Positions 1 through 15,097 are shown, counted from the first letter of the whole stretch. The stretch: 59,776 nucleotides of DNA, filler included, from Dugesia japonica (GCA_001938525.1; 4 parts of 4 records of this genome joined end to end with filler, not necessarily neighbours in it), one strand, 5' to 3'. Notes: generated by a model not told the origin, from the letters alone. Program-made: numbers and translations.

Positions 1-712
1 GAAATTTTATTTATAATATTGAGCATCTCACACACTATCATACAAACATACACCATTCACACGGCTATTCATAAAACTTTATGTCCAGATACAATATTGC
101 AAAATTTATACGAATTTATGTTNNNNNNNNNNNNNNNNNNNNNNNNNNNNNNNNNNNNNNNNNNNNNNNNNNNNNNNNNNNNNNNNNNNNNNNNNNNAAT
201 GCATTGCCAACCTCTTCTTGCATTTTTATATCTTTGATCGATATTTGCTTCGCTGTATTTTATAAATTAGTTGAATTCCTCAAAAGCTCTCTATTTTGGA
301 AACTTACAGGTTTTTGGCCATTAAAATTTAAAATTTGAGGCTTCATAAAGATGTGAAATCATCTTGTTGAATTTTAAGCTAACTAAATTTTATCGATGGC
401 ATTGGAAACCTTTCTACTTCCTGACAATCCATTATGATTTTTTATCATTTATATAAAGCAATATTGTTTGAAGTTTTGTTTGTGGAACTTACAGCACAAG
501 TTATTGAATTTTTAAAGTTGATATATATGAAGTGAAGANNNNNNNNNNNNNNNNNNNNNNNNNNNNNNNNNNNNNNNNNNNNNNNNNNNNNNNNNNNNNN
601 NNNNNNNNNNNNNNNNNNNNNNNNNNNNNNNNNNNNNNNNNNNNTTGTATTTCACAATCTCGTCGTCCTTTCAGTGAATTTATAATTTTACTAGTAATTC
701 TGAATTATTTAG

Positions 713-808
713 ATTGTCGGTAGTCGCGGAACCTTAAATTTTGATCCAAGATTAACGATGGGTAAATTGTTGGACATTCGTGGTGTCGCTTTAGGAGTTA
801 ACACAATG
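713..808 (+). CDS. CRYZ: Exon of zeta-crystallin-like NADPH:quinone oxidoreductase (C-terminal region)
   Basis: AG acceptor at 711-712; translates IVGSRGTLNFDPRLTMGKLLDIRGVALGVNTM, resembling the CRYZ segment VGSRGTIEINPRDTM; GT donor at 809. Confidence 0.8.
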
Positions 809-849
809 GTATCCTTTAGATTTGTCAAACATGTAATCATCACATATAG

Positions 850-947
850 GAACAATGGCAAGAGGCCGCCAACAAAATAAGCAAATGGATGGAGAACGGT
901 TATATTATTCCTATAATTTCGAAAGAATATGATCTTGTTGACGCACC
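850..947 (+). CDS. CRYZ: Next exon of CRYZ-like gene (runs into N gap)
   Basis: 41-nt phase-0 GT-AG intron 809-849; translates EQWQEAANKISKWMENGYIIPIISKEYDLVDA, collinear with the CRYZ C-terminal segment. Confidence 0.75.
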
Positions 948-1162
948 NNNNNNNNNNNNNNNNNNNNNNNNNNNNNNNNNNNNNNNNNNNNNNNNNNNNN
1001 NNNNNNNNNNTTAAATTATTTTATAAACATTTTCGACCAATTATTGATTATTTTTCATTCTTAAAATTTATGAAATGTTCTTTTTTTTAATGATTTTAAT
1101 GTGATGCACAATATATTTTTATGGGCTTTCTGTTTTTTTTTGTGATACAATTTCAGTATGTA

Positions 1163-2238
1163 CAAAGTGTTCTAATTATCTATCGATAACTTTAATAGGT
1201 ATTGGAAATCATAATATTTGCAGGAGCAAGAAGAAACAAGTAAATTTTAATTGTTTATTTTCTATATCAACCACAACATCACAACTATTTTTGCGCTTTA
1301 AATGATCTCCACCACTTTATGAAACTTGAAACAAGCGGTGGCGATATTCCAGAATAATTTTTTCTCTATAATTTCTGCGGTAATCTCATTGAAGGCCTCA
1401 ATTAATCGATCCTTCAGACTATCTATACCTGCTGTTGTAAACTTTGGATTTAATTTACATCACCAAATAAATAAATCACATGGTGGTAAATCCGAGGATC
1501 GCGGTCGTCAAGGCATGATTGGACAATCTCTGCCAGTCTAACGATGTTGGAATTTTTTGTTAGGCATTCACACACTAATGAATATGATTCTGTCATTTAT
1601 GCCACGAGTTACTTCAAAATTATGATCAAATTTAGTTTTAAGCATTTCTAATAAGCGAACACTGTCAATCGATTTGTCAAAGAAGAATGGTCAAATTATA
1701 CCAAATTGTCCAAAAGTAGACCAAACAGTAGTTTTTGGGGAGTGTAAACCTAGGAGGATGTTGAAGTGACCAATAAAGAGGATTATGGCGATTCACACAA
1801 CCATCGAAATGAAAGTGTGCTTCTTCGGAAAATAACAAATTTTCAATGTGATATGTATTATCTTCCATTCTTTAGAGTTTGTCCAGAGCATATTGCGGGC
1901 ATTTCGCTTTATCTTATTTCATGATTCGTTGAACAATTTGAATTTTTAGGATACAATGTCAGACCTTCTAGTATTCTGGAAGTTGTGGTACGACCAAACT
2001 ACTTACTACTTTTAAATCATTTCAAACACGTGAATAAAATTTTTAATTACAGTTTAATAATTAAATAAATAAAATATTTGTTAATTATAAATAAATAAAG
2101 ATTTCGATTACAGGTAAACCAATGCTCTATTTAACTTGGCTGAAATGGATTACGCACATACAATTTTTCTTTGATTTAAACTAATACCATATATTCTACA
2201 GTGCCATAAATATGTCGATAGATAACTAGGACACCCTG
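1163..2238 (-). mobile_element. Decayed Tc1/mariner-superfamily transposon
   Basis: Imperfect TIRs flanked by TA (left TA-caaagtgttctaattatctatcga; right reverse complement TA-cagggtgtcctagttatctatcga). Minus strand FSEEAHFHFDGCVNRHN (FSDEAHF-like) and PRSSDLPPCDLFIW (PRSPDLTPxDFFLW-like). Confidence 0.85.
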
Positions 2239-2517
2239 TATTTGTGATTTTAAGATTCTTCATCTGATAAAATTTTATTTTTTGTTTAAATTGGGGAATT
2301 TTCTGAGAATTTTAAATTTCGTCATAATTTAAACTGTTTTTAAAAGGTATCGTGATATTGATGACATACGGTATTGCTCATGTGTGTGCGGAAAGTGTAG
2401 GCGTATATTATCAGATTGTTTTATTTATGTTGTGTGTTTAAATATATTGTAAAAATTTGACTCATATTTTATGGAAATGTTAACGTTTTGTAGGAATTAA
2501 TTTATTTGATTCGATAA

Positions 2518-2522
<5 letters not shown>

Positions 2523-2552
<30 letters not shown>
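2523..2552. repeat. (AT)n microsatellite
   Basis: Direct reading. Confidence 0.95.
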
Positions 2553-2554
<2 letters not shown>

Positions 2555-4287
2555 CTCGTTGAGATCCCTATAAACTTATATCTAGGATAATATGGCCTAA
2601 TGAAACCCTGTGAAGATTTTCATTTAGTGTTAGGTAGTTCGAATGCATTTTTGTAATCATTTACTTCGGGTTTTTACTTCGATACTTGGTTTTATTTTTG
2701 ATACAATTTTAATTTTTTTTCCTAAATCGGTGATTAGCTATAATGACAGAATCTTTAGATTTTAATCGGTAATCATGTCCGAATCAATTTTTAAGGACTT
2801 CAAACATTGTCCATATTTTTTCACTTTTGAAGTTTGGTGGTCAGTGTGATTATTATTACATCAGAAGTTAGCGTATTATTATTTCTATTGGATTTTGAGG
2901 GGATTATCACGTGTACTCAAAAAACCAACCCTTTGAATTATAACGGGTTATCAAAAATTTAAGTAAGATAATTTAGTTATAGGGAGATATGTAATTTATT
3001 ATTGCTTTTATATCTTATTACCAGCATATTTAGTCATTAATATTGTTTACATTCCTTAAGTGTTATCCTTATCACGACTTTTACCCTTTTCCTTGTAGCA
3101 TCATTGGTTATGCATTCTTATTGTTGTTATCACATTCATCAGTGTCATAAACACTGACCATGAATCGTTATCCTTTTCAAGTGTTGTCACTATTGGTTGA
3201 TAATCCATATCTTATTAATTACAGTTTTCATAATTATCAATTGCTAATGCTCAAAATTGTTACCAGTGCTTATTATTAATCGTTATCATGGATAATTATT
3301 AATTATTATCATCATTAATCCTGATCAATATTATTGATTACTGTTAATTATTAAAGACCTTTAGTTACTTATAAAACGTTAATTGTGATAATTACGAATT
3401 TCAAGAAATGAACATTACTAGTAATCATGAGTTAAAGAAATAGTATTAATAATCATAAAAAACGATTACTAAAAATGTATTTAACTTAAAAAACTTGTAT
3501 TGTTAATTAAAATCACTCATTACTTTGAAGTTAAATTTCAACTAATCACACAAATTACCTTACGTTAACAGGAGCCTACAACTAGAACAGAGCACATTCG
3601 TTTTTTATTCCTCATCTGAGCACACCAGCATATATGTTCCACCAAGTGTGAAGTAACTAATCTTCGTACATCTCCAGTAAAGTGTAAAGAATTTGATGCA
3701 CATTCCTCACAAACACTTAGGATGTATACCACTTACACACACTTTTCCGTCTATGACGTTTCTTGACCATAATTTTCTTACCTATTGCTTTTTCCTTATT
3801 GAAGGTTTTCGTTTTCTTGCAAATTAGATTTCTTTTATACAATAAATCATTTAATTGGTAATATTAGAGGTTGGGCCTACATACCATACATTTATAACAC
3901 TTTCTTCTGAAGACAAAATTTATTTGCTAAATCAAATGGTGTACAATAAATAAATGAATTAAATTCTACTTTACAAAATTAAAATAATATTACACAGTAT
4001 TATATTAAAACGTTACAATTTATTAGACAAGAAAATAATTTTACAAAATATAATTGTTTACACAATTATTAATTAATAAAAAAACTATAAACCTTATGTA
4101 CGGCTTTTTTCCAAATATGATTTAATTTCCTAAAAATATAAATACAAATTTCCCTGGGTTTTTCAAAAGTCTGCGTATCTATTATTGAAACAAAAGTTTC
4201 TCAAATTTAAAAACATAAACAATTAAGATTCAATAAATTAAACACTTAAAAAATAAAAACCACTTAAAACATTCAAGAATCATACAT

Positions 4288-5860
4288 TTCCTCACATCCT
4301 CCTTTCAAGAAATTTTTAAGTTTTTCGACATTCCTTGTGAGTTTTTTCCCATCTTGATCGACTAACACATATTGCCTTTCATGAATCTTTTCTAATATCT
4401 TTTAAATTCCTTCATATCTGTTTTTCTTTTTATTTTTCGCTTCAACCTCAACGAAGACATCTTCTCACACATTGAATTTTCTTCTTGTCAGAAACTTGTT
4501 GGAATTCTTAATTTCTGTTTCCTTGCATAATCTACATTGTTCTTTGACTGCCATTTTTCTCGACTGATCCACTAACCACAAACCATTACTAACAGACTTA
4601 CTTGTGTCGTTTTTTGTTTAGTTGCATTTATTGAAAACTAAATTTCTGGCAATAATTTCACCCAATCAATATCCCTCTATCTTGCATTGTAGCATCCATT
4701 AAGTCTCGCAACGTCCGGAACTGTCGTTCAATCTGCCCATTAGTTTTGTGATGGTAGGGACTCGTCAAATGCCAGGCAATCTTTAACCTTTTTGCAAAAT
4801 CTTTCATTTTCCAAGCTTCGAAAACTCTTCTTCAATGCGATCTAAGTTCTCTAAGACATCCAAATTTCAATATCCATATTCAACATCTACTTTCTATCAA
4901 CCTGAACACAAATACTAGGTCTTTCCTGAAATTTATTATACTCGATCTCCACTTGTTGACATGTTTCCTACACATTTACTGACTCTACACTACCCACCTC
5001 TTCAAATGAGTCTCTGCATATAAATCTGAAAACCTTCTCTTCTACCATATCCGAGTTCTCCTATTTCTCCATACCTCGAGGATATTCGGCAGAACTACCT
5101 TTCAATATATGGTTCCGACTAACTTATTTCCTTCCTTACTCTCTATTTCATCTTCCTCTTGTTAATTCAACTCCTCTTCTAGATAATTCAATTGTTTGCA
5201 TCTATTGCCTCGATTTAATTTATTAGTACTTCTTCATTATACGTCTTTATTAATATAATTATTTTGGTTTCCATTCGTATCATATTTTCTATACTTTTTA
5301 AAAGCGCTATTTATTGCTTAACATTCCCTACTGATATGACCATTCAATTCACATTGAAAACAATAAACTTGCTGTCTACCTATGTACTTTCTGCTGACAC
5401 TTCCATCCTTTCCACACGTCCAACATCTTATCCTTGGACTTAAAATACATTCCCGTCTGAAATGACCTTCTTTATTACATCCCAACATACTAACTTTGGT
5501 TGCCCTTCTATATTATTATTCCGTCGTTCGCTACCATAATTTTGGTTTTCCGAATGTTTTATTTCAAATTCCCGATTTCCTGGTCATCTCATTTCTAAAG
5601 ATTGATTGAATATTCTACTACCTTTAAGCACCTTTGCAAAACTCATAAAATTATCCAAATCCCCATGGACTATTACTTTATCTAATAGTTTTAGTATCTC
5701 TTTGATCTCTTCTACTCTCTGAACTTTACACAATACTACTTCTTTCTCAACCCTTTTATTTTTTTGCACAATGTACCAAGAGTTTTGTTGTTAACTTTTC
5801 TCTCGTGAACTCTTATTTTTGAGAATAACCTTGTTAGATGATAGTACACCTTTGGTCATT
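4288..5860 (-). mobile_element. Internally deleted Ty3/Gypsy remnant (gag zinc knuckles + integrase C-half + PPT)
   Basis: Minus strand: degenerate zinc knuckles near 5400-5490 (NKEGHFRREC, RCWTCGK), integrase SPYHHKTNGQIERQFRTLRDLM near 4690-4765, polypurine tract gaaaggagga followed by TGT near 4286-4300. Confidence 0.8.
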
Positions 5861-6659
5861 ATTTTGAAGGAAAAAATAAGTAAAAATATCAAACTGACAA
5901 GTAAATAAATTATCAAGATGACAAATATTACCTGTCGTTATAATTTATTATTAAAGTATTATTTATTATTTAAGCAAGGTAATTAATTAACAGAATTCAA
6001 CAATAACACTAATTATTTACAAACAATTACTTAAAATTGCACAACTTTAATAGTCTTTAATAATAGTAATATAGTCTTTAAATCTAATTAACAATTACCA
6101 ACGATAAAGTACTCCAATAGTAATCGAATTTTCCGATATAAATGATAACTGTAATGATATTAATAACAGAAATTTTCGTAGGATCTTCTCAATCGTCGGA
6201 TACAAATAATATCAACAATAATAATAATGTTAGGGTCGTAAGCTAGGCTTACATAATTATATTTTAATAGAAAATAGTTATTGATGATATTTATTTTAAT
6301 AAATGAAGGCTATTTATATTAAATATATTAACTTTAGAATAATTTTAATTATTATTAAATATAAACTTAACTATTATTTTAATTACTAAATTATTACATG
6401 AAAAACATTATTTAATTAAGAAGTGCAAAGAAAATTATTACCTATTATTATTTATATTAAGTCTGGTAAATTAAAATTACCAGTTGTTCTTTTACATTAA
6501 TTCTGATAAATTGAAATTACGATATATGTTTGTTTATATCAATTCTGGTAACATTACCAGTAGTTTATTTATATTTCATTCTGGTAAAATTACCAGTTAT
6601 TTATTATATTTACAGTCAATTCATGTAAAGTGACCTTTATTACCATTTATAATTTGGTA

Positions 6660-8400
6660 TAAATACTGCAATCTACTCAATGTATTTGCGTTTCTACGTC
6701 GTATACCTTTTCTGTATTCCAACTTGATGTCTCAACTACTAAGAAAGTTGATCCAAGTTTGGAAATGTCCTGTTATTGGTTTCTTTGTATTAAACATAAA
6801 GATGATAGCCTTGTGGTCTGCTCTCAGCGTGAATCATCTGTAATATAAGTAATGCTTAACATGTAAGCAGAAAAAATAAATTGCCAGTAACTCCTTTCTT
6901 GTTGTAAAATACTCTATTTTATGTTTTGACATTGTATATGATCCATAAGCCATTAGCCTTTCTCTACAGCGCTCATCTTTCTGTGATAAGACTGTGCCCA
7001 TTGTGCTGAAACTCACATCTCTCCACATACCAGGAAATTACAACACTGGTAATGTAGTTAATTCTGTCTTCATACTTTCAAAGACTTCCGACAATTCTGT
7101 GGATCACGCCAGTTTCGTATTTTCCGGGTCACTACATAGTTTTTCTAGTTCCCTAGCTTTCATCGAGTAGTCTTTAATAAATTTCTTATAATAATTACAT
7201 ATGCTTAAGAAGCTGCGTAATTTTTTTATGCATTTCAATTCGGCAAACGATTTATTGGCATCAATGTTGATTGGATCAGTTTGGAACTCCTTCTCACTAA
7301 TTATGTGACCCAAGAATTTTACTTTTCTTTTCATCAAGATACGTTTTTCAGGATTAATTCTCAATCTCTCTTCCACGATCCTGTCAAGAATATTCTCTAT
7401 TGCACTGTAATGCTCCTCTTTGGTCTTTGAAAACATCAATATATTGTCAAGATATACCATCGTTTCTTGTATTCCTTTCGTCTCTTTTACTATCATTTCC
7501 TGGAATGTCCCTGGTGCTGCTGCTATTCCGAATGGTATCCTCGTGAAACACTATTGTTCTTGTTTTTATGGAAAATGCCGTTTTTTCTTAAGATTTATTT
7601 TCAAGCTCCACTTGATAATATGCATTCCCCAAGTCTATGGCACTTAAAGATATCGCTTCGCTACGCACATCCAACATTTCCTCAATGTTTGGCATCAAAA
7701 TGCCTGCCTTTCCTTGATCACATTTAGCTTCCAGAAATCTAAGCATAACCTTATATCTTCGTTTTTCTACACGCACACCAGAGGCGGGTTCTACAGGGAG
7801 TTACATTTCCGTATTATACCGTTGTCGAATAAATTCTAGAAAGCTTCATTTATTTATTCCTCTAAATTCATAGAATGTCTATATGGTTTTACGTTGATTG
7901 GCCCTACTGTTGTGATTATTTTGTGTTTTATCAGATGTGTATTACCTATGTCATATCTGTCTGCCATAAATTCCTCTCCCATTTTCTTCCTTTAAACGTA
8001 AATCTCCTCCCCATTCAATGGAAGTGTTCACTTTCTTCCAGTGTTTTTCCACACTTGTCTGTCATATTTTGCCTCTAAATTAAATATGTAGCTGTCTTCC
8101 TCGATCTTTTCTTCTTTGTGGGTTAGTATAAAACCAACTTTATTTAAAAAGTCTATCCCCGCTATCATCTCTAGGAGTACATTTTTATATATTATAAAAG
8201 TTATCTGTTTTATGATGTCGCCAAGTCGTACCTCCAAAATTACTTTTCCTATTATCTCCAACGTGCTATTATTCACACAACGTAATTTCACCTCAACCTT
8301 CTCCGATTGTTTCTTCCCTGCATTTTTGAGTTCACATCTTCAGTCAACGCGTCTGTTCCTCTGCTTGCACCTCTGCTTTCTCGATTCCTTCTTTTTTCTG
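6660..8400 (-). mobile_element. Ty3/Gypsy pol pseudogene (protease region, RT, RNase H)
   Basis: ORF fragments AIDLGNAYYQV, VYLDNILMFS (YxDD site decayed), KVKFLGHIIS, LRSFL, KELLAIYFF; many stops and frameshifts. Confidence 0.92.
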
Positions 8401-10412
8401 AAAAATAAAAAACAAACACTTTTAGTAATTTGTAGAAATATTTCCTTCACTTCTATGTTTTTTGACTAATATATAATGCGTGGGACATACTTTGCTTATA
8501 ATTTTCAATACTTGGTTTATTGATTGCATTTAGTTTGATAGGGTTTAATGGACTTGGATAGTCTAATTTTAAAATAAATTAAATATATGATGGTTGATTG
8601 TATTAAAAATGGTATTATATTTCTATGAAAGTACTCTATACGTATTATATTAGTACATGCGTTTGAGTAGACTTATTAAGATTTGTATAAAACGAGTATA
8701 TATCCTATTAAAATTAATGCTTAATTTAATTAACGGAATAATGCACTTAATGAAATTACTGTTTACTTAAGAAATCTGTGTAGATTCTGTTGAAATATTA
8801 CTATTGAAAATTAAAATACTTAACAATAAAACAGAACAATTAATAAATCGTTGAACAAATTATTAGGAAACACAACAATTAATAAACAGACATTTCATTT
8901 TTAAAATATTTATTAGCGAAATTAGTCCACCATCTTCATGATTATTTTCTGCTTGTATCCATTTGTTTTCTATTTAGCCATTCATTTTCTGCATCTTCAT
9001 CGTACGATGGCCACTGTTCCTTTTCCATCTCGTTATTGTTTAAATAATTATTATGAAACGTCAACAAGATTGCTTCCATTTTAATGATTTAAGTATTAAA
9101 ATTAAAGCTATTTATAAAGATTCAACCAATCATGTTATACTTGTAATACCCAATCAAATTAATACATGTATACCTTAACGTATATTTTTGTTAGGTTTTA
9201 GTCTTGATAATAATAATAATTTTTAATTAGGATTCGGTCTTGATAATAATAATCATGATTACTATTTTTGATAACAATAACAATAATATTAGGTTTCGGT
9301 ATTGGTATTAGTAATAATAATAATAATTTAATCTATACTTATGAAATCTAATTATATTTTTTTATAATGTATACATATTCTTTAGTGTATACATATTGAA
9401 ATTTATATGAAATTAATGGAATTGATAAAGTATTTGATAACATTAGTGTTATTTAATTTTCATTATGCATATTTTATTGGTATAAGTCAATAGTGTATCT
9501 TGTATTAAATCTAATGTATTACTGCTCAAATTTAGGGGTTTCGTTATAAATTAATAAAAATTACTAATTAAAATCAATCTATTTATATGAAACTTTGATT
9601 GTACTTTGAAGAAATTACTGTATATTTATGAGAATTTGCTAGATAAAGAAGGTTAATAAGTAATGGAATTGTTGTATGAATTAATCAAGTTTTTATTTAA
9701 TTGTTACATTTCTTTATGAAACTCTTAGGAAATCAGTTAAATCTATCATATCTAATGAAGCCAATGTATCAAATACAATTTTATGCAACTCATAAAACCA
9801 TAGCAAACTCTAAAAGGCTATAAAATACTAAGAAAAAAATTGAGTATTCTGAAACCAATAAGTATCAAAAAGGCTATGAAATACTCAGAAACTTTATAAT
9901 AATGTACAAGATATAGTCAAAAGATGAAAACATACAACAGTATATTGATTTTATTAACAATAAAACTGATTATTTGGTATTTACAGAAGAGAAGGAATAC
10001 CTAAAGCAGAGGAGCAGATTAGTAGAATGAAAAAGAGCAAGCGAAGGGGTGGAAAGATGATGATGAACGATGTATATTTTCTGGAAAAGGATTCATGAGA
10101 ACTCTTAATTATACAATAAATATACTGAATAAATCTATTAAGTAATCATTTGTCATGAAATTTCAGTGATCAGCTTCCTTAATTTTCATTGAACATTGAC
10201 GAATTCTTTCATTGAGTTATTATTGAACCACTTGTCCATTTAGAAAAGCTAGCTAATAAAGAGGAAAAAAAGTAAATGAATTATAAGAATATTATGAAAA
10301 TGACAAATGATGCGTTGGCATATATTCAGTTTGTATTTTCAGTAGTTTACAAGTCAAACATATCACGTTAAAATTTAAATTAAAATTATTTTTCTTTTTA
10401 ATTTAAAATGAG

Positions 10413-10930
10413 TAAAAACATTTTAAAATTTATTTAAAATTTAAACTTTAAATAAATTTTCTCTGTTTATTCATTTTATTGACAATCGCGTATCACTATT
10501 TACTTTGCAGTGTACCACCAAAAGTAAAATGAATAAAAATATTTTATTTTTTTAATTAAAAATTAAATGAAATTATTTTTTTAATTCTCTACTACCGGTT
10601 GTAACTCACTAATTTAAAGTATTATTTATCAATAACTATAATAGATAGCTTTAAAAGTCAATTCATTTAGGTGATAATAGAAATTCATAGATTTGCTAGT
10701 GTAATACCACTAGCACTTCCTCACCGTGTTTTATAGTCTTGTAAACTAGAAAATGTAGACATTCCTTACAATTTAATGGTTTTAAATGATGTATATTCCA
10801 TAAACATTTTAAAATTTATTTAAAATTTAAACTTTAAATAAATTAACTCGATTTACTCATTTCAATCACAATTGCTTATCAAATTTTACTTTATAGTGTA
10901 CTACCAGTAGTAAAATGAATAAAATTTTTA
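10413..10930. repeat. Diverged ~130-bp direct repeat pair (about 10413-10545 and 10800-10930)
   Basis: Both contain aaacattttaaaatttatttaaaatttaaactttaaataaatt and end ...gtaaaatgaataaaa. Confidence 0.8.
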
Positions 10931-10935
10931 AATTT

Positions 10936-13900
10936 AGTAGACACATAGTGGCCCACTGCAAAACTTGAATCCCATGGGAGAGGCTGGTATTGCGCCAAAA
11001 TTTTCTGGTGGGTACTTTTTTTTCTAAGATTTTTGGGATCAAATTTTTTTGATCGGATCAGTTTTTTGATCCTGTTAGTGTGTATAGAAATTTTTTAAAA
11101 AATTTTTTTGTGTTTCGGTTGCGAAGGGATTTAATTTAAAGTAGGTTGAGTTGGTATGTGTGTAATAGTGGAAATAGACTCGAAAGGGGTGTGGAGATCT
11201 TAGAAATAGTTTTTTGAGTGTTTTTATGGGATGGGTGAGGTGGAAATAAAATACTGTCTATACTTTCTCTAATGGACTTATGTGGTAGAATGGATGGTTT
11301 GGTCTACAAGGGATGATAGCGCATTGGCACAATCATATGAGTTATCGTGGGTTGATTTTTGAGTGTTAACAGGTTTTTTTGTGGTAAAAGGATTTTGGTG
11401 GGTGATGTGTAGGTGGGTGATGCCGTCGATTGTGCCAAAATTTCGGATTTTTAGTGCTTGAATTTGATTGGTTTTTTTGTAAGTAGTATATAAGGTGTTT
11501 AAAAGACTTTTTGGGTGGGCAAAGTGGTATGGGAGAAAGAGAATTAATTATCGGTGATTTTAAAATTTAATTGAAATTTTTCTGTGGGGTGGGTATGACG
11601 TAATCATTCTTTGACAAAAGTTGATTTTAATATAATCTGGTACAATTAATAAAAATATTAATTGAAATATTGATTTTTTGAAATAGATGTATTTTTTTAG
11701 AAGACTTTATATTTATGTAAATGATGAGGCGGTCTCAAAATTTTGCATGGGATCAGGGAGTCTCACTATTTTTCATGGGATGGGACAGTCTTGATAAAGT
11801 GGATTTTAACTAAAATTGATTAATTTGTTTTAAATGATGATTTTAATTAAAAATGATTAATTTGTTTAAAATGATGTTTTATGTAAAATAAATGATTTTT
11901 TAGCAGGCTTGGTAATCTGGAAGGAATGAAGCAGTCTCGATATTTTAATAAAAGATTGGGACAGTCTAAAATTCCCTATTGCATACATATTGTATCCCTA
12001 TTGGATTTATTAAAATTTCTAGGCACCTGTTGCTGTATTGAATTCATAATGCATACCTATTGCATTTATTTTAATTTCCAGGCACGTGTTGCTATATTGC
12101 ATTCATATTGCATCCCTATTGCATTCATTAATAATAAACATTGGAGTAGTTTTTGTATCTTGTAGTAGATGGGACAATCTTGATATTTTTGCAAGAGATT
12201 GGCCAGTATTCATTTTTTTTGAAGTCTTGATATATATGTATGATATTAGACTGTATTGATTTTTTTTGAAGTCTTAATATTTTTGTATGATTTCTTTCAA
12301 GAGATAGATCAGTATGGATTTCTTTTAAAAAGTCTCGATATTTACGTATGATATTAAGCAGTCTTGATATTTTTGAGATTGTACTGTCTTGATATTATTG
12401 CGAAGATATTGGACAGTCTTTATATGTTATGGGCAGTCTAAAATTTAAATAAGTTAGTTAAAATTAATTAAATTTAATTAACATGATAAAATATTCAAAT
12501 TAGGAATTTTCTTTACAAAATGATAAAAACAGACCTTTTTTCATAAAAACATAATAGCTAGGTAATTTTCAATAAAAAAGATATGTGCTATGACATATTT
12601 TCATAAAACCATATTAGTTGTGAAATTTTTCATAAAAAACATGTTAGTAGTGACATTTTTTATGAGGAAATGTCACTACTAATGTTTTTTATGTTTTTAT
12701 ATGTTTTTATCATTTTGTAAAGAAATGTTTTGATTTTAATATTTTATCATGTAAGTATTTAAAAGACTCTCCTCTTTCAATATTTTATCATTTTAATTTA
12801 ATTTAATTAATTTTAGTTAATTAATTTTAATTAACTTATTTAAATTTTAGACTGCCCAGGACATATACAAAAATATCAAGACTGTCAAATATCTTTGAAA
12901 AATATCAAGTCTGCCCAATATCGTACATAAATATCAAGACTTCAAAAAAAGTCAATATAAAAAAAATATAAAGACTGCCCCAATGTTTTTTATTTATGAA
13001 TTCAATATAAATTTAATATGGATGCAATACAGCAACACGTATCTGGGAATTTTAATAAATGCAATAGACATTTAATATAAATGCAACACATCAACACGTG
13101 CCTGGAAAATTTTAGACTGCCCTAATCTCTTACAAAAATATCAAGTCTGTTCAAAAAAAAATTTTTCAAAAAATCAATTAATATTTTAATTAATTTAGCC
13201 GGATTTTATTAAAGTCAACTTTTTTCAAAAAATGATTACGTAACATCCACTTCACAGAGAAATTTCAATTAAATCTTACAAAAATCCGATAATTAATTCT
13301 TTTTCAACCCATACCACTTTGCCCACCCAAAAATAATTATTTTAACATCTTTATACTACTTACAAACTTTAACCAATCAAATTAAAACACTAAAAATCAC
13401 ACATTCTAGCACAATCGACTACATTCATATTTCCCATAACATTACCTTTCCAACAAAACATTACCCACCAAAATCCATTTACCACCATTTACCATTAACA
13501 CTCAAAAATCAACCCACGATAACTCATATGATTGTGCCAATACGCTATCATCCCTTGTAGACCAAACCATCAATCATACCACATATGTCCATCAGAGAAA
13601 GTACAGACAGTATTTTATTTCCAACACACCCATATCATAAAAACCCTGAGAAAATTAAAATCAATACCTACACAACACTATCGAGTGCACAAGCACATTT
13701 GCACTTGCCTACTTGCACACACACCAACTCAACTTGACCTACTTTAAATTAACACACACAACTTTCTAAACACTTTAAAAAAAATTTTAAAAAATTCCAT
13801 ACAAACAGGATCAAAAAATCCTGATCTCATCAAAAAAATATGATCCGATCAAAAAACTTTTAATCCTAAAAATCTTCGAAAAAAACTAGCACAAAATATG

Positions 13901-13942
13901 GCACAAAAATTCTGGCACAATCCTTACCTATTTACAAGCCTC
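10936..13942. mobile_element. ~3-kb non-coding foldback (long inverted repeat), possibly fused Polinton TIRs
   Basis: About 10980-12660 is the diverged reverse complement of about 12665-13942 (e.g. ttggcacaatcatatgagttatcgtgggttgatttttgagtgttaa near 11325 vs its complement near 13496). Central hairpin tagtagtgacattt..aaatgtcactacta near 12645-12681; internal cagtcttgatatt subrepeats. Confidence 0.85.
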
Positions 13943-15097
13943 CACGCTTCTTTGTTGTCTAAATTATTTGGTGCCTTTCTATTATTTTCTTTTCTCTTTG
14001 GTTTCTTCATTTCCAGTTTGTTTCCTTTTAGTTACAAGATTGCACTGGTTATTGTCTATGTTTTAATTTTTTAGTCCTAATATTCTTCTAATTACTTCTT
14101 TCTTTAACTAATCTTTGAATTCCTATTTTCTGATTTTCTCTTCTTTAATTTTATCTATATCTGCTGTCATAATAACCTTTCTATATCAGGTGTTCTACCC
14201 CAACCTGGTTATGATTGTATAGGGCTTATGAGTGTATATGGTCTATCATTGTATAGAATTAATGATTGTATAAGGTTTGTGAGTTTATGGGTTTTATGAG
14301 TGCATAAGGTTTATATGTGTTTTGATTTGTGTATAGGACACTCGCATCTGATTGGATATTTGTTAAAACCCTAGATAAAATCTAATTACTTTATCACAAT
14401 TTCAAATTTATTTTCAAAAAACAATTTAAAAATTATAATGAGACTGTGTAGTATGACTCTTTAATTATTGGATTTCTTATCCAAGCATTTATGTACACAC
14501 AGCTATTTTAACTAAATTAATTAAAGATTTTTAGATTAAAATTTGTAAATTTTGATTTTTTATAAGTTTCAAATTTTAAAATTTTATTATAGTCAAAATT
14601 GCATAAAGTTTTATTAACAAAAAAATTTAAATATTTTTTAAAATGATTTTATACCAGCATATTTTTTTTATCTAGTCAAAGAATTTTATTAAACAATTTT
14701 TTATTAAATTATTTCATTTTTACATTAAAAATTCAAATTCTAATAATAATTTATATAATAGTTGCAATTTTATCAAAACTCTTTGAAAATTACATTTTAA
14801 CAATTTAATCTTAAATAATATATCTTGAGAGACTAACCAAATATTAAATTAAAATTTTATAAATTAAATGTGTACCTACATTCTTTATCAAAAAATTAAT
14901 TAAAATTTTTCAATTTTATTCTAACTTTACTATAAAAATATTTAGACTGCATTTGAAATCAAATAAAAAATAAATGCATGCTAGTTTAGTCCTGCTGTTT
15001 GGTAGTGATAAGCAATAATTCTTTTACAAATTATACATTAATTTTCAGATCAATGACTTATTTTATTACTTTGTAGCAACAAAATGAATGTGTCAAC

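Noticed and set aside
9189-10260. Solo LTR starting TGTTAGG
   Set aside because: No identifiable CA end, TSD or partner copy.
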